Positions 53,284 through 64,000 of a stretch of 64,000 bases of DNA are shown here, piece by piece. Under the pieces are notes generated by a model. That model worked only from the letters and a program-made list of their open reading frames with translations, had not been told where the DNA came from and did no database searches. Source of the DNA: Octopus vulgaris. Taxonomy: Eukaryota. The stretch is taken from positions 8,618,001-8,682,000 of the forward strand of contig OX597819.1 of assembly GCA_951406725.2 (NCBI GenBank). The letters are read 5' to 3'. Each line of letters opens with the position of its first letter. Within the stretch, counting starts at the first letter, position 1. A program made the position numbers and the translations under genes.

Positions 53284-54843
53284 TATATACATATACATAC
53301 ATACATATATGTATTGAGTTCTATAAATCCTCTTCTTCGCTCCACCAAACCTGACTATCACACTTCCTAATTGCATGCCTCCTAATATATAGGCCCTTTG
53401 TACCTAGTTAAAAACATATCAATATAGTTAATAACAAACACGTGGGAGAATAGTTCCCTCGTGTTGTTGGAAAATTGAAACAGCGGATAGGATCGCATCC
53501 TGTTTCAAAACAATGCCATTTTCATTTCGGTCAATCTTTCTGTAACCTAAGCTTATTATTTATCATGGAACAAGTCAGTGAGTGTCTATATGGTCGCATG
53601 ATATACTAGAAATGACAGTCAAAATTACCTCATATTACATTCTCTCATCATATATAAAGAACACGGTTGCGATATCTTTGTAGTTTTTTTTTATACTTCA
53701 TCCTGCGATTCACCGGGACACATCGTCAGTGATGTTTCCTGGGGGTCATTGGGTGCTTCGTGAATTTTAATATCCGGCACACTCAAAGTGCCACGGCTGG
53801 GGTTTATCAAGATCCTGCTTCTGCCCAGTTAGTACTACTCCCGACAGTGCTGCTCCTTCCTGACCTCGCACCTCCTGATCCATGGCCACCTTGAAGCAAC
53901 CCCTTCTGCCTACACAGCCAACTTGATCGCATTCTACCTACTGGTCCCTGTTATGCCAGTAGTGTATTGATGTATAAACGACAATCTACGGGATTTACGA
54001 ACTCAATTAAATACACATCGAAGATCTCCAATACCATATTACAATGCTGAAAATTCTGGTTAGATAAACTTGCATGCATATACAGAATCGTCCAAGACAA
54101 TAGTTGAGAATGAAAATCAGGAAAGCATAAATATCATATTGAATAATATAGTTAATTATATAAACTCGTTTAATTACAGAAGATCATAGTAGGAATGCCT
54201 TAGATGATAGATTTATTCCATCAAGTTTGACTTGGAATGAAATAACAACAGCAATAACTTATCACTTACAGAGCCAGCTTCTAAGCGATAGTACAACCTG
54301 CTGAAGCTCGTAACCAAATTCCTCTCAAATCACGCAGCACAGTTTGAACAAGTAGGACAAGTACTTAGGAAATGTCGTCCTTGGAGACACATATATAAGA
54401 CATAATGGTCACGGCTAGAATGCTTTCGATCATAAACCAGAGCTCCCTTGGGGATAAACAACAACACCAGCAATAGTCCTTTCATTAAGACGTTGGGTAA
54501 TGGGTCTTGTCCAAGTCATTAGCACTGAGCAACTGTTCATTAATCCATTTAATAATGAACAATCAAGTATCGGGAACAAGCGTTCGGAACGTGGTAGCTC
54601 AATTTCCTAGAAACAGAAAGCAAACCAAACTCGTATTTCATACCCGACAGTCTTAAGAAAAGGAAGGCATACAAACTACACCTAGGTAATAAAAAAAACA
54701 ACCGGAGTATTACAGATCATATAGAAGATCATTTCAAGACTTTAACAATTAATTATATAAAGAAATATATAAAGAGATGCGGTAGTCTCAGATCATGAAA
54801 TACTTAAATTTTTGCCTAGGCAAAAATCTAATCTTTATTGCAA

Positions 54844-54923
<80 letters not shown>

Positions 54924-55383
54924 TAATAATAATAATAAGAAGAAGAAGAATGATAAAATTCAGGTTTTGCTAGATGTTTTCAAAGAAGTTGGGGTTGTGT
55001 CCCAGAATGGCCGCAGACCGATGACTGAAACACGTAACAGATAAATGATAAAAGAATACAAACTGCTTAATTGCTAATTTCTTAATTTCTTGCAATCAGT
55101 GGCCTTTTGTAGGATAAACTCAGACACTTGTTACTCGATTTTTCCCTCGTTCCTCAAATAAGAAGCAAATTTCAATTTATGGAGATAATACTTCGCGCAC
55201 GCGATTCAGTATGTCGCTGCCAACATGGATTATATAAATTCATGCCATTGGTCAAAGTATGTTATTCCGCTTATATTATGTGTGCGCATGTGTGTGTGTG
55301 TGAGACAGTCTGTGTGAGTGTGTTTGTGTGTGTAAGTGCCACACACTCTATGCACAAGCACACAAACACGCATATGTCTGACT

Positions 55384-55462
55384 GCGAGCTGGCAGAAACG
55401 TTAGCACGCCGGGCGAAATGCGTAGCCGTATTTCGTCTGCCCTTGTGGGCAGTAAAGAAATA
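55384..55462 (+). mobile_element. Internally deleted mini-SINE (family C head plus tail)
   Basis: Head joined to the tail at GCC; TSD CATATGTCTGACTGC at 55371-55385 and 55463-55477. Confidence 0.88.
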
Positions 55463-55710
55463 CATATGTCTGACTGCCACACACACACACATGCATATGC
55501 CTGACGCAAACAAGCTTCAAAAATGACACAAGAACACGCATGCACACATGCTACTCGCACAAACTATACACGCGCACATTAGCTGCTATATACATACATT
55601 TGCGCGCGCACATACCAAAAAGCCCACACATCTGATAGCCTCACACACTTACTTTACGCAGCCTCACACACTTCTACAGATATACAAACGCCCACAAACA
55701 TCCACATACA

Positions 55711-55944
55711 TATTTCTTTACTACCCACAAGGGGCTAAACACAGAGGGGACAAACAAGGACAGACAAAGCGATTAAGTCGATTCCATCGACCCCCAGTGC
55801 GTAACTGGTACTTAATTTATCGACCCCGAAAGGATGAAAGGTAAAGTCAACCTCGGCGGAATTTGAACTCAGAACGTAACGGCAGACGAAATACGGCTAC
55901 GCATTTCGCCCGGTGTGCTACCGTTTCTGCCAGCTCGCCGCCTT
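55711..55944 (-). mobile_element. SINE family C, full length
   Basis: TSD CAAACATCCACATA at 55695-55708 and 55945-55958. Confidence 0.93.
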
Positions 55945-56618
55945 CAAACATCCACATATAAATACACTACCACACACACATACACCGTTCTATACACGTG
56001 CACGTACTTGTTTACTCACACACTCGCGCGCGCATGCACAAGCACACTCGCATGCATACACCGGCTCAGATAATCTTCATACTCAGATACATACTCGCTC
56101 ACATTCACTTACGCACGCGCACACCCATACGCACACATTTCCCTCACTTACACATCCTTGGGCACACACACTTTAGCCAAGTTACTGTTGTCTCCTTTGC
56201 TATCAACAACTTCCTTACTTCCGGTCAATTTAACATATCAAACCATTAATCCAGATAAGTTTATTTCTCTCTTGCTTGTATTTCTACCCTCTTCTCTTTT
56301 TCCCTCTCATTCCTTTCTGTAGAAGAGCGTCAGGTAGAAACTCTTCCAATTTTTCTGTGTCAAACTAATACACTTTGTTGTTTCCTCACCTGTTTCTGTC
56401 ATCTAATTTGAGGTTGTGAGAGGTAATGGTGTCAGTAAGACCCGAGGGTGTCAGGTAATGCTGAGTAAGTGCTTTGGATAGACCATAGTTAAGCTACTGG
56501 TTCGGTGATTATGCGAATAAGGAGTCCAACGTACGTCATATATCAGCTGTGAAGATTTTATAACATTTATAAATGATCTAAAATCTTCACAGCCTTGTTT
56601 TTTTATGTCATTCTGACA

Positions 56619-56705
<87 letters not shown>

Positions 56706-56844
56706 ATGCATGTATGTATGTATGTATGTATGTATACATACAGATAGATAGATAGATAGATAGATATGGATTCTTGCATTATGCAAGTAAGGTGTTGCCT
56801 AAAATTCCTCATAGCGTGATTTTTTAAATAATAATAATAATAAT

Positions 56845-57597
56845 TCTCGCCTGGCAGTGCTACAGAGGGGCGCTGCCTGTTCGAGATAAACTCTATCGGC
56901 ACGGAAGTATCATCAGCCGGGCCTGCCCGAGGTGCGTCCACGACGAAACCGTTTTGCACGCACTCGTGCAGTACCCGAGTATTGCTGACCTGTGGGTTTA
57001 TGTTGAACGGCTACTGTCGCGTATAGGACGGATCGGGCTATCAGCTGAATCCAGAGTGAAGATTGTCCCGCCGACCTCCTTCAACCGGGAGGACAAGGCA
57101 ATTTTCCTCTGTCTAGTGGCTGTAGCGAAAAAGGTGGGATGGTGGACACGTTTGAAAGGGCTAAAATCAGGCACTTTCCTCTTTGGCCAAGGCCTCATCA
57201 ACTTTTTCAAGTTCCACTTGAAAAGGAAGATGAGAGTAGAGAGGGAAGTGCTGTCTCGTAGCAAATTCATTGAAAGGTGGGTGAATGTTGGAAGAATGGC
57301 CAGTGTGAACGGACCAATTCTGAGGATACACCTGTAAAAAAAAAGGTAATATAAAAGGAGAAAGGGGCTCTCTACGCCCCCCCCCTTTTTGACCAGGCTC
57401 CCGTGGCTTTTATGGGTTTTTCCACGAGTAACCTTTCGAAGCGCCTCCCCCTATTGGGAGTTTGTTATATTTTCGTTATCTTGCATTTTTACATGGATTT
57501 TTCAAACGGACAAAACTCTTTTTGTAACTTTCGTCTTGTATTTTGTCCTTACATGTTTTATTTGATTTTTGTTAGCCCTTGTGGCCAATAAACGAAT
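56845..57597 (+). mobile_element. 5'-truncated Tx1/L1-clade LINE (ORF2 C-terminal zinc knuckle plus 3' UTR)
   Basis: Open frame 56846-57337: LAWQCYRGALPVRDKL..CPRCVHDETVLHAL..ERW; lies between TAA/TTA runs. Confidence 0.82.
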
Positions 57598-57599
57598 TA

Positions 57600-57656
<57 letters not shown>

Positions 57657-57918
57657 AATGGCAGAAATTCAAAAGATAGTGCTCATAGGAACTGCCCATA
57701 TCCTACGCAAAATACTTTCTATGTAATCTCAAGTTGTAAAACAAACACATAGTTTTCTTATGTTTTCTTAAACATTCTCTAGAACAACGCTATGTACAAA
57801 ACCAAATATATGGCACCCTAGACATAGCACCAACATGAACTTCCAGCTTGTTGTCTCTTGAGGTCTCTGTGTAAGACTTGAAGCCAACTTGTACAAATGT
57901 AAAGCAAAAGTCAAACAT
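57657..57918 (+). mobile_element. 3' tip of an R4/Dong-like RLE retrotransposon
   Basis: MAEIQKIVLIGTAHILRKILSM* parallels EVQKIVLTGTSHVLRRALSM* ending at 60434. Confidence 0.75.
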
Positions 57919-57920
57919 AA

Positions 57921-58057
57921 AAGAAGACGAAGAAGAAGAAGAAGAAGAAGAAGAAGAAGAAGAAGAAGAAGAAGAAGAAGAAGAAGAAGAAGAAGAAGAA
58001 GAAGAAGAAGAAGAAGAAGAAGAAGAAGAAGAAGAAGAAGAAGAAGAAGAAGAAGAA
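57921..58057. repeat. (GAA)n microsatellite
   Basis: Direct reading. Confidence 0.98.
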
Positions 58058-58067
58058 TGGTAATAAT

Positions 58068-58804
58068 CGCCGGACCAAGCTTTGCCCACGAACTGGAGAT
58101 TCAATCTTAGGAATGAGCAGGTGTCTCCGATGTACCGCATCTGCAATAGAGTAGATAAAACCATTGCCCATATTATGAACGAACGCCTTAGACTTGCCCA
58201 AAACCACTTCAAGTTGTGACGACACGACCAGGTAACGAAAGTGCTACATTGGAAACTGTGCGAAAAGTGGGGCTAGAGAGAGACAAGACATGGTATGATA
58301 ACAAACCACAGAGATTGGCAGAGTCGAATACTAGCAAAATCTTCAGGGATTTCCCAATCCAAAACGATCAGGTGCTAGATCATAACAGACCGGACCTAGT
58401 GCTGGTGGATAAGGTGCACCGCATATGCTATATAGTTGGCGTTGTATGCCCCTCTGACCCACGAATAGTCAAGAAGGAAGACGAAAAGATAGATAGATAG
58501 ATACAACCCTATTAAGTACGAAATAGCCCGGCAATGGAAAACGAAGAAGGTAAAGATAGTGCCAATTATTGTTGGGCCCCTGGGAACAGTATCAGAAGGC
58601 ATCCATAGGAATATAAAGAAAATTGGAATAGAGTGTCTAGTAGAGCTGTTCCAAAAGGTTTACCTCCTTGGCACGGACAGAATAATCAAGAAAGTATAAG
58701 ATAGCTGAAAAAAAAAAAAACCGAATACCATGGTTCCGTAGGCTGCAACTTGTAAGCCCGCTACACAAGCAAGACTCCAGGAAATCCAACAAAACTGTGA
58801 TAAA

Positions 58805-58808
<4 letters not shown>
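58068..58808 (+). pseudogene. R4/Dong-like non-LTR retrotransposon, CCHC plus restriction-like endonuclease fragment
   Basis: YRIC..TIAHIM..LAQ..RHDQV..HWKLC, NRPDLVLVDK, KIVPIIVGPLGTV, LLGTDRII; stops and frameshifts; followed by (TAA)n. Confidence 0.88.
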
Positions 58809-58850
<42 letters not shown>

Positions 58851-58852
<2 letters not shown>

Positions 58853-59027
58853 GCCCTGATGCAGTACCAGGCAGTGGCTCTCATGGCTTCTGATCTTAAC
58901 TGATTGGAAGTGCTATCATGTACATTGTTTTGTCTTGGTATAAAAGATGGGCTACAGCAAATATTCTGCTCAAAACCACAGATTTGCTTGTCAGTTGTTT
59001 GACCTTATCCAGCTGAGCATGTCCCTT
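58851..59027 (-). mobile_element. Family F retroposon 3'-end fragment in (TAA)n (inverse copy 60705-60864)
   Basis: Two similar copies in opposite orientation, both embedded in TAA/TTA runs. Confidence 0.65.
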
Positions 59028-59130
59028 AATAATAATTTTAAAAAGATTGACGTAACTCTTCACAAAAGTAAACAGTCAAGACGAAGAACGCGATTCGATT
59101 GTAAGATATTTTGTTGGTTGGACGATAATC

Positions 59131-59234
<104 letters not shown>

Positions 59235-59330
59235 ATAAAACGGTAAGATAACAAAAGAAAGAAAGAGACCTCAATATTATGTAAATAGAGGAAATTTATC
59301 TATACAATATGTTACATTACTCGGTAGTCA

Positions 59331-59393
59331 AGATAAAACTCTGAGTTTCAGATGCCGAAGTGGAAATCCACAACACCATCTCTTCGGTTATCT
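59331..59393 (-). ncRNA. Type I hammerhead motif in the PLE pLTR (U4C core, GUU site)
   Basis: Minus strand: AGATAA-CCGAAGA-GATG..GTGG-ATTT-CCAC..CATC-t-GAAA-CTCAGAG-TT-TTATCT. Confidence 0.65.
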
Positions 59394-59587
59394 GGCTATT
59401 TGAAAACGTTATGAAAAAATACCGTTAAAAATGAAGGGAAATTACTCTGTTATAACTCTGCTTTGCCTGCGTACTTATACATCGCTCGCATTTTTCGTCA
59501 TAAAAATTATATAAAAATACATAAAAATATATAAAAATATATAAAAATATATAAAATCTTCTTGGGACATAACACAGAAAGCATGTT

Positions 59588-60164
59588 CTATCCGTTTTCT
59601 TTAGGGGACCAAAAACGTAACAGAAATTTAGTCACATGTGGGCATGATCCGAAAAGCTCTGTCCTTGTATTTAGACATGTGGTAGGGTCTAAGCTGCTTT
59701 TCCAGATAAGCCATCTCTCCATGTCGCATAAACCGCACCTTCCGCTGCCGTTAGTGTAGGGCTTACATCTGGCCAAAATCTTCCATTGTATGTTATAATC
59801 GACACCTTTATCTCTTAAAGACCAAATATGATTGGATAATTGTGTCGCTTTTCTTTTGTTCCAGTGCCTAAAGCTCAAAGTGTGGTTATTGAACCTGGCC
59901 TTGAAATTACCCTCTGTCAGGCCCACGTATTTCTTCGTCGAAACGGTGTCTTTAGTGGTTATAGAGTTTACGGTAGCTTCATATATGATGGTCTTGGACA
60001 TGCAAGCTCCATTTAGCGGGCACAATTCTTTATTCCTGCATGAACAGCTGTTTTCTTCTTGTGTTTTTTGTATGTTATGATTGATTATGTTTTTAAAATT
60101 GGTAGTTGAACTAAAACTAATTTTTAAATTGTGTCTATTGAAGAGTTTCCTATAAGCATGGTTA
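59588..60164 (-). CDS. PLE ORF C-terminus: Cys-rich linker plus GIY-YIG endonuclease (truncated, no RT)
   Basis: KLFNRHNLKISFS, CSCRNKELCPLNGAC, IIYEATV..YVGLTE..FKARFNNH, CGLCDMER, LNTRTEL..CPH..KFLL; uninterrupted frame. Confidence 0.88.
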
Positions 60165-60604
60165 TTGATCGACATGAGCATCCCCTATGATCATAATATC
60201 TCAGCGAAAGAGTTTGACAAGCTCAGAAAATATAAAGACCTACTCATTGAAATTGAGAAAATGTGGCATCTCAAGGCGGTTACAATACCAGTGATCGTAG
60301 GAGCACTAGGAATGATCAAGAAGGGAACCGAAAATTATATGAGAATGATCCCTGGCTTACCATCCCTGCTAGAAGTGCAAAAGATTGTCTTAACTGGTAC
60401 ATCACACGTATTGAGAAGAGCATTGTCGATGTGAGAACTGTTGCTGCTCATGTATTTTAATTTAACTTAAAAAAAAAAAAAATGAACGAACTATTGAGTT
60501 TGGTTTAATGGCCTACCAGTGTATACTATGAGTTTCTTTGCCCTAGGAGTCGGGAAGACACACGGAAAGAAATGGAAGCAAATTTGAAAGAATAAAAAAA
60601 AAAG
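60165..60604 (+). mobile_element. 3' fragment of an R4/Dong-like RLE retrotransposon
   Basis: IDMSIPYDHNI..KE..K..KYKDL..EIEKMW..IPVIVGALG..QKIVLTGT (stop at 60434); 3' UTR followed by (TAA)n. Confidence 0.9.
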
Positions 60605-60651
60605 TAATAATAATAATGATAATAATAATGATAATAATAATAATAATAATG

Positions 60652-60706
<55 letters not shown>

Positions 60707-60865
60707 GGGACATGCTCAACTGGTAAAAGTCAAACAACTGACAAGCAAATCTGCGGTACTGAGCAGAATATTTGCTGTAGCCCATCTTTTATACCAAGAC
60801 AAAACAATGTATATGATAACACTTCCAATCAGTTAAGATCAGAAGCCATGAGAGCCACTGCCTGA

Positions 60866-60926
<61 letters not shown>

Positions 60927-60985
60927 CATTATTATTATTATCATTATTATTATTATTATTATCATTATTATTATTATTATTATTA

Positions 60986-61062
<77 letters not shown>

Positions 61063-61155
61063 TAGTTTTATTTTTATAGCGTACTTTCGCTTCACTACCG
61101 AGCGCAGCTCTGTGTGCCTTGGGTATGTGCTGTGATGCATATACATATATATATA

Positions 61156-61459
61156 TTGTTTGTTCCTTCTCGAGCCACGCCTGACTCATAAGGGCCGGTT
61201 TCCCGGTGTCGTTGGCGTATAGATTCCCCACCTGGACGGGACGCCAGTCCGTGGCAGGTGAGCTGCAAGATGCAGGAGGAAAAAAGAGTGAGAGAAAGTT
61301 GTGGCGAAATAATCAACAGAAGTTCACCACTACCTTCTGCCGGAGGCCGTGGAGCTTAGATGTTTCGCTCATAAACACACACATCGCCCGGTCTGAAATT
61401 TGAACCCGCGATCCCTCGACCGCGAGTCCGCTGCTCTAACCACTATGGCCATGTGCCTC

Positions 61460-61462
<3 letters not shown>
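61156..61462 (-). mobile_element. tRNA SINE family D (family A head, different tail)
   Basis: Head GTGGAGGCACATGGCCATAGTGGTTAGAGCAGCGGACTCGCGG; 3' part GGACTGGCGTCCCGTCCAGG..GGCTCGAGAAGGAACAAAC is unlike family A. Confidence 0.8.
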
Positions 61463-61527
<65 letters not shown>

Positions 61528-62429
61528 CATACATACATACATACATACATACATACATACATACATACATACATACATACGTACATACATATGTACACAT
61601 ACACACACCTCTATGCAAGTATATATGTGTGCGTATGGGTATATGTGTGTGCCTGTGTGTATGTGGGTGTGTTGTTTTTGTATTTGTACACTACCACAGC
61701 TTAACAACTGGCGTTTGTTTATTTACTTCTCGTTACTTTGGGGTTCCACAAAAGAGTACAACAGAATAAATCTCAGGCTTATGAAAAAATTAGTACTGGT
61801 GTTGATTTGTTCAACTAAACACTTCCAGCGGGGGTGTGGGGGAGAGCATGGCAGCAATCCAATGGTTAAAACAAGTAAATGATAAACGATCTTAGAGAGA
61901 CAACATATATAGACACATATATATGTGTGTGTGTATACATAGATATGTATATATACATACATAGACATATATACTCACACACATGCACACACACATACAT
62001 ATATATGCCACGTAAACAAGCACTTACACTTAAACGGCGTGTAAGGAAAATTGGCTTCAGCTCTGTTGCTCTGTTGCTGTAATATAAATAGCCAAGTTCA
62101 CCTGGTGGTCAATTGTTTCAGGTCCATCAATCATTTCTCCACCGAGAAAAACATTTCTTACCACATTTTGTCGAATATGTAATTGACCATTAATAAATAA
62201 TAAATAGAAGCTCGATTGTATTTTATTACATAGTATGAGATTTTTTTCGTTCTACATCACGCCATAACTGATTATTATACACACACATATGTATGTATGT
62301 ATCAATATATCTGTCTGTGTGTCGGTCTTCCTAGCTACATATCTGTCTGTGTGTCTGTCTCTCTTTCTTTCTTTCTTTCTTTCTCAAACTCATTCTCTCT
62401 GTGTATATGTTTATATATGTGTGTATATA

Positions 62430-62512
<83 letters not shown>

Positions 62513-62534
62513 ATAATAATAATAATAATAGTCT

Positions 62535-62930
62535 TTGAGTGGAATTTATAAATATTTTATGCATCGCTACGCGCGTTTCCACAAATCGCATCTTTCTTAA
62601 GATCATAGTCCGTATTCCTGGGATGATTACAGTACAGTTCATAGTATTCATGGACATCGGGTAGATCATGTTCATGCATTCATTCCTTCGGGTTGTTTAT
62701 CAATTTTGATGATTGAGAAGGTTGATTGGGGTATGTACGCATTTCTGTATATATTTTGTAGGGAAGAGAGGAAGGTACTGGAAAGAGAGGCAGGAATTGT
62801 AACGAGATGGAGATGTATTTGGTGAAGTTGGATTTTTTTGTCTATTTGAGTATGCAGATGTCAAGATGGGTAGTGTAGTTCTTTGGTTTGATCTTATTCA
62901 CAGCAGGTCTCTCCTCAATGAAGTAGTCGA
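62535..62930 (-). mobile_element. Possible decayed PLE 3' end with a hammerhead remnant
   Basis: Minus strand CTTAAGA..GAAA-CGCGCG-TA at 62568-62601; ends at a (TAA)/(TAG)n tract. Confidence 0.35.
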
Positions 62931-63134
62931 GTTAGCAGGTACAGCCACTACAGCCACTACAGCCCTTTAGTTTTTGGAGTTCATTTCTTAGTTGACAAAT
63001 GATACCTACTTAAAAATGACCTTTTTAATTACCTTTGCTGGTTTGATAAGTGCCAACGCACGAAAATCTTGGACATTGAGTCACTCTGTTACTTCTGCTA
63101 AATATTAATATGTGTATGCGTTTTGCTTTAGCTA

Positions 63135-63445
63135 TCTTTATTTCTTATAGTTGCTAGACTGAGGCCCTGCTGGGACACCGCCTTGAAGAATTTCAGTCTG
63201 AGGAATCGACTGCAGCACTTCCATTAAGCCTATTGTCTTGAAAATAAATGAATATGACAGGTAAGTGTATACAAACGGGTAATATAAGATGAAGATTGAT
63301 GTCACCAATACAGGAGTGCGGATATATAGTTTATTAGAAGCGAGGTCCTTCATGTGTAGAAGAGTTTAGGAAATATAGCCGAATCTGAATCTGGAACCAT
63401 GTTGTTGGAAAGCAAACTATTTCTTACCAAACAGCCATGCCTGTG
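63135..63445 (-). mobile_element. SINE family B, highly diverged
   Basis: GCTGGGACACCGCCTTG tail remnant and GGAACCATGTTGTTGGAAAGCAAAC..TTACCAAACAGCCATGCCTG head remnant. Confidence 0.6.
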
Positions 63446-63480
63446 TCTGCCTGCCCGTCTGTCTGTCTATCTTTCTTTGC

Positions 63481-63554
<74 letters not shown>

Positions 63555-64000
63555 GAAAAATAAAAACTGGGACAAGAACGTAAAACATTTAGGAGAGGAT
63601 ACAAAAAACACGGACGGGACATTCGAAGCCTTCAATCTTCAGTCAAGAACCGGATCATCCTAGCAATTTCGGCTGGTTAATCTTGAGATCGCTCCGATCC
63701 GGCCAGCTCCAAGGAAAAAAATAAGCTACGAGCATTAGATTTCTTGGAAGAAGGATCGAATGTATATGAAACAGGGACAGAAAAACGGACGATGCCACAC
63801 GAATATAAAATACAAAAAACAATAATGGTAAAAACAGGACAAATACAGCGGGTGTCTTACGACTAATAAACAGTACAACAAGTTTAGCTGGCGTATTTGG
63901 AAAAAATGCCTTTATCGGCAGACGAAGACAACGATGTTCTCACGGCAGTGGTCGGAGGCCAAATGTAATATGCGACAATTATTCGGTAGCCATGATAAAA

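Noticed and set aside
53700-53960. GC-richer unique patch
   Set aside because: No ORF or motif recognised; possibly an old TE remnant.

Overview
AT-rich, microsatellite-saturated animal genomic DNA with no confidently identifiable host gene. The SINE families and the (TA)n/(CA)n/(TACA)n/(TAGA)n/(TAA)n load resemble an octopus/cephalopod genome (inference). Nearly all long ORFs in the track are simple-repeat or SINE artefacts. Real content: four tRNA-derived SINE families (several copies with clean TSDs), a mariner with perfect 30-bp TIRs and a decayed transposase, two non-autonomous Helitrons, 3' fragments of Tx1/L1, R4/Dong-like (RLE) and CR1-like LINEs, and the GIY-YIG end of a Neptune-type Penelope-like element (PLE). 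The most notable signal is a set of type I hammerhead ribozyme (HHR) motifs in non-coding elements inserted in (TA)n. It includes a ~470-bp retrozyme-like tandem-plus-inverted array with three intact HHRs (51841-53213), a 132-bp fold-back palindrome centred on an HHR stem I, an HHR just downstream of the PLE ORF, and recurrent core variants (U4C, U3-A8). One weak candidate terminal coding exon lies at 29615-29673 (-). All folds and alignments were done by eye.
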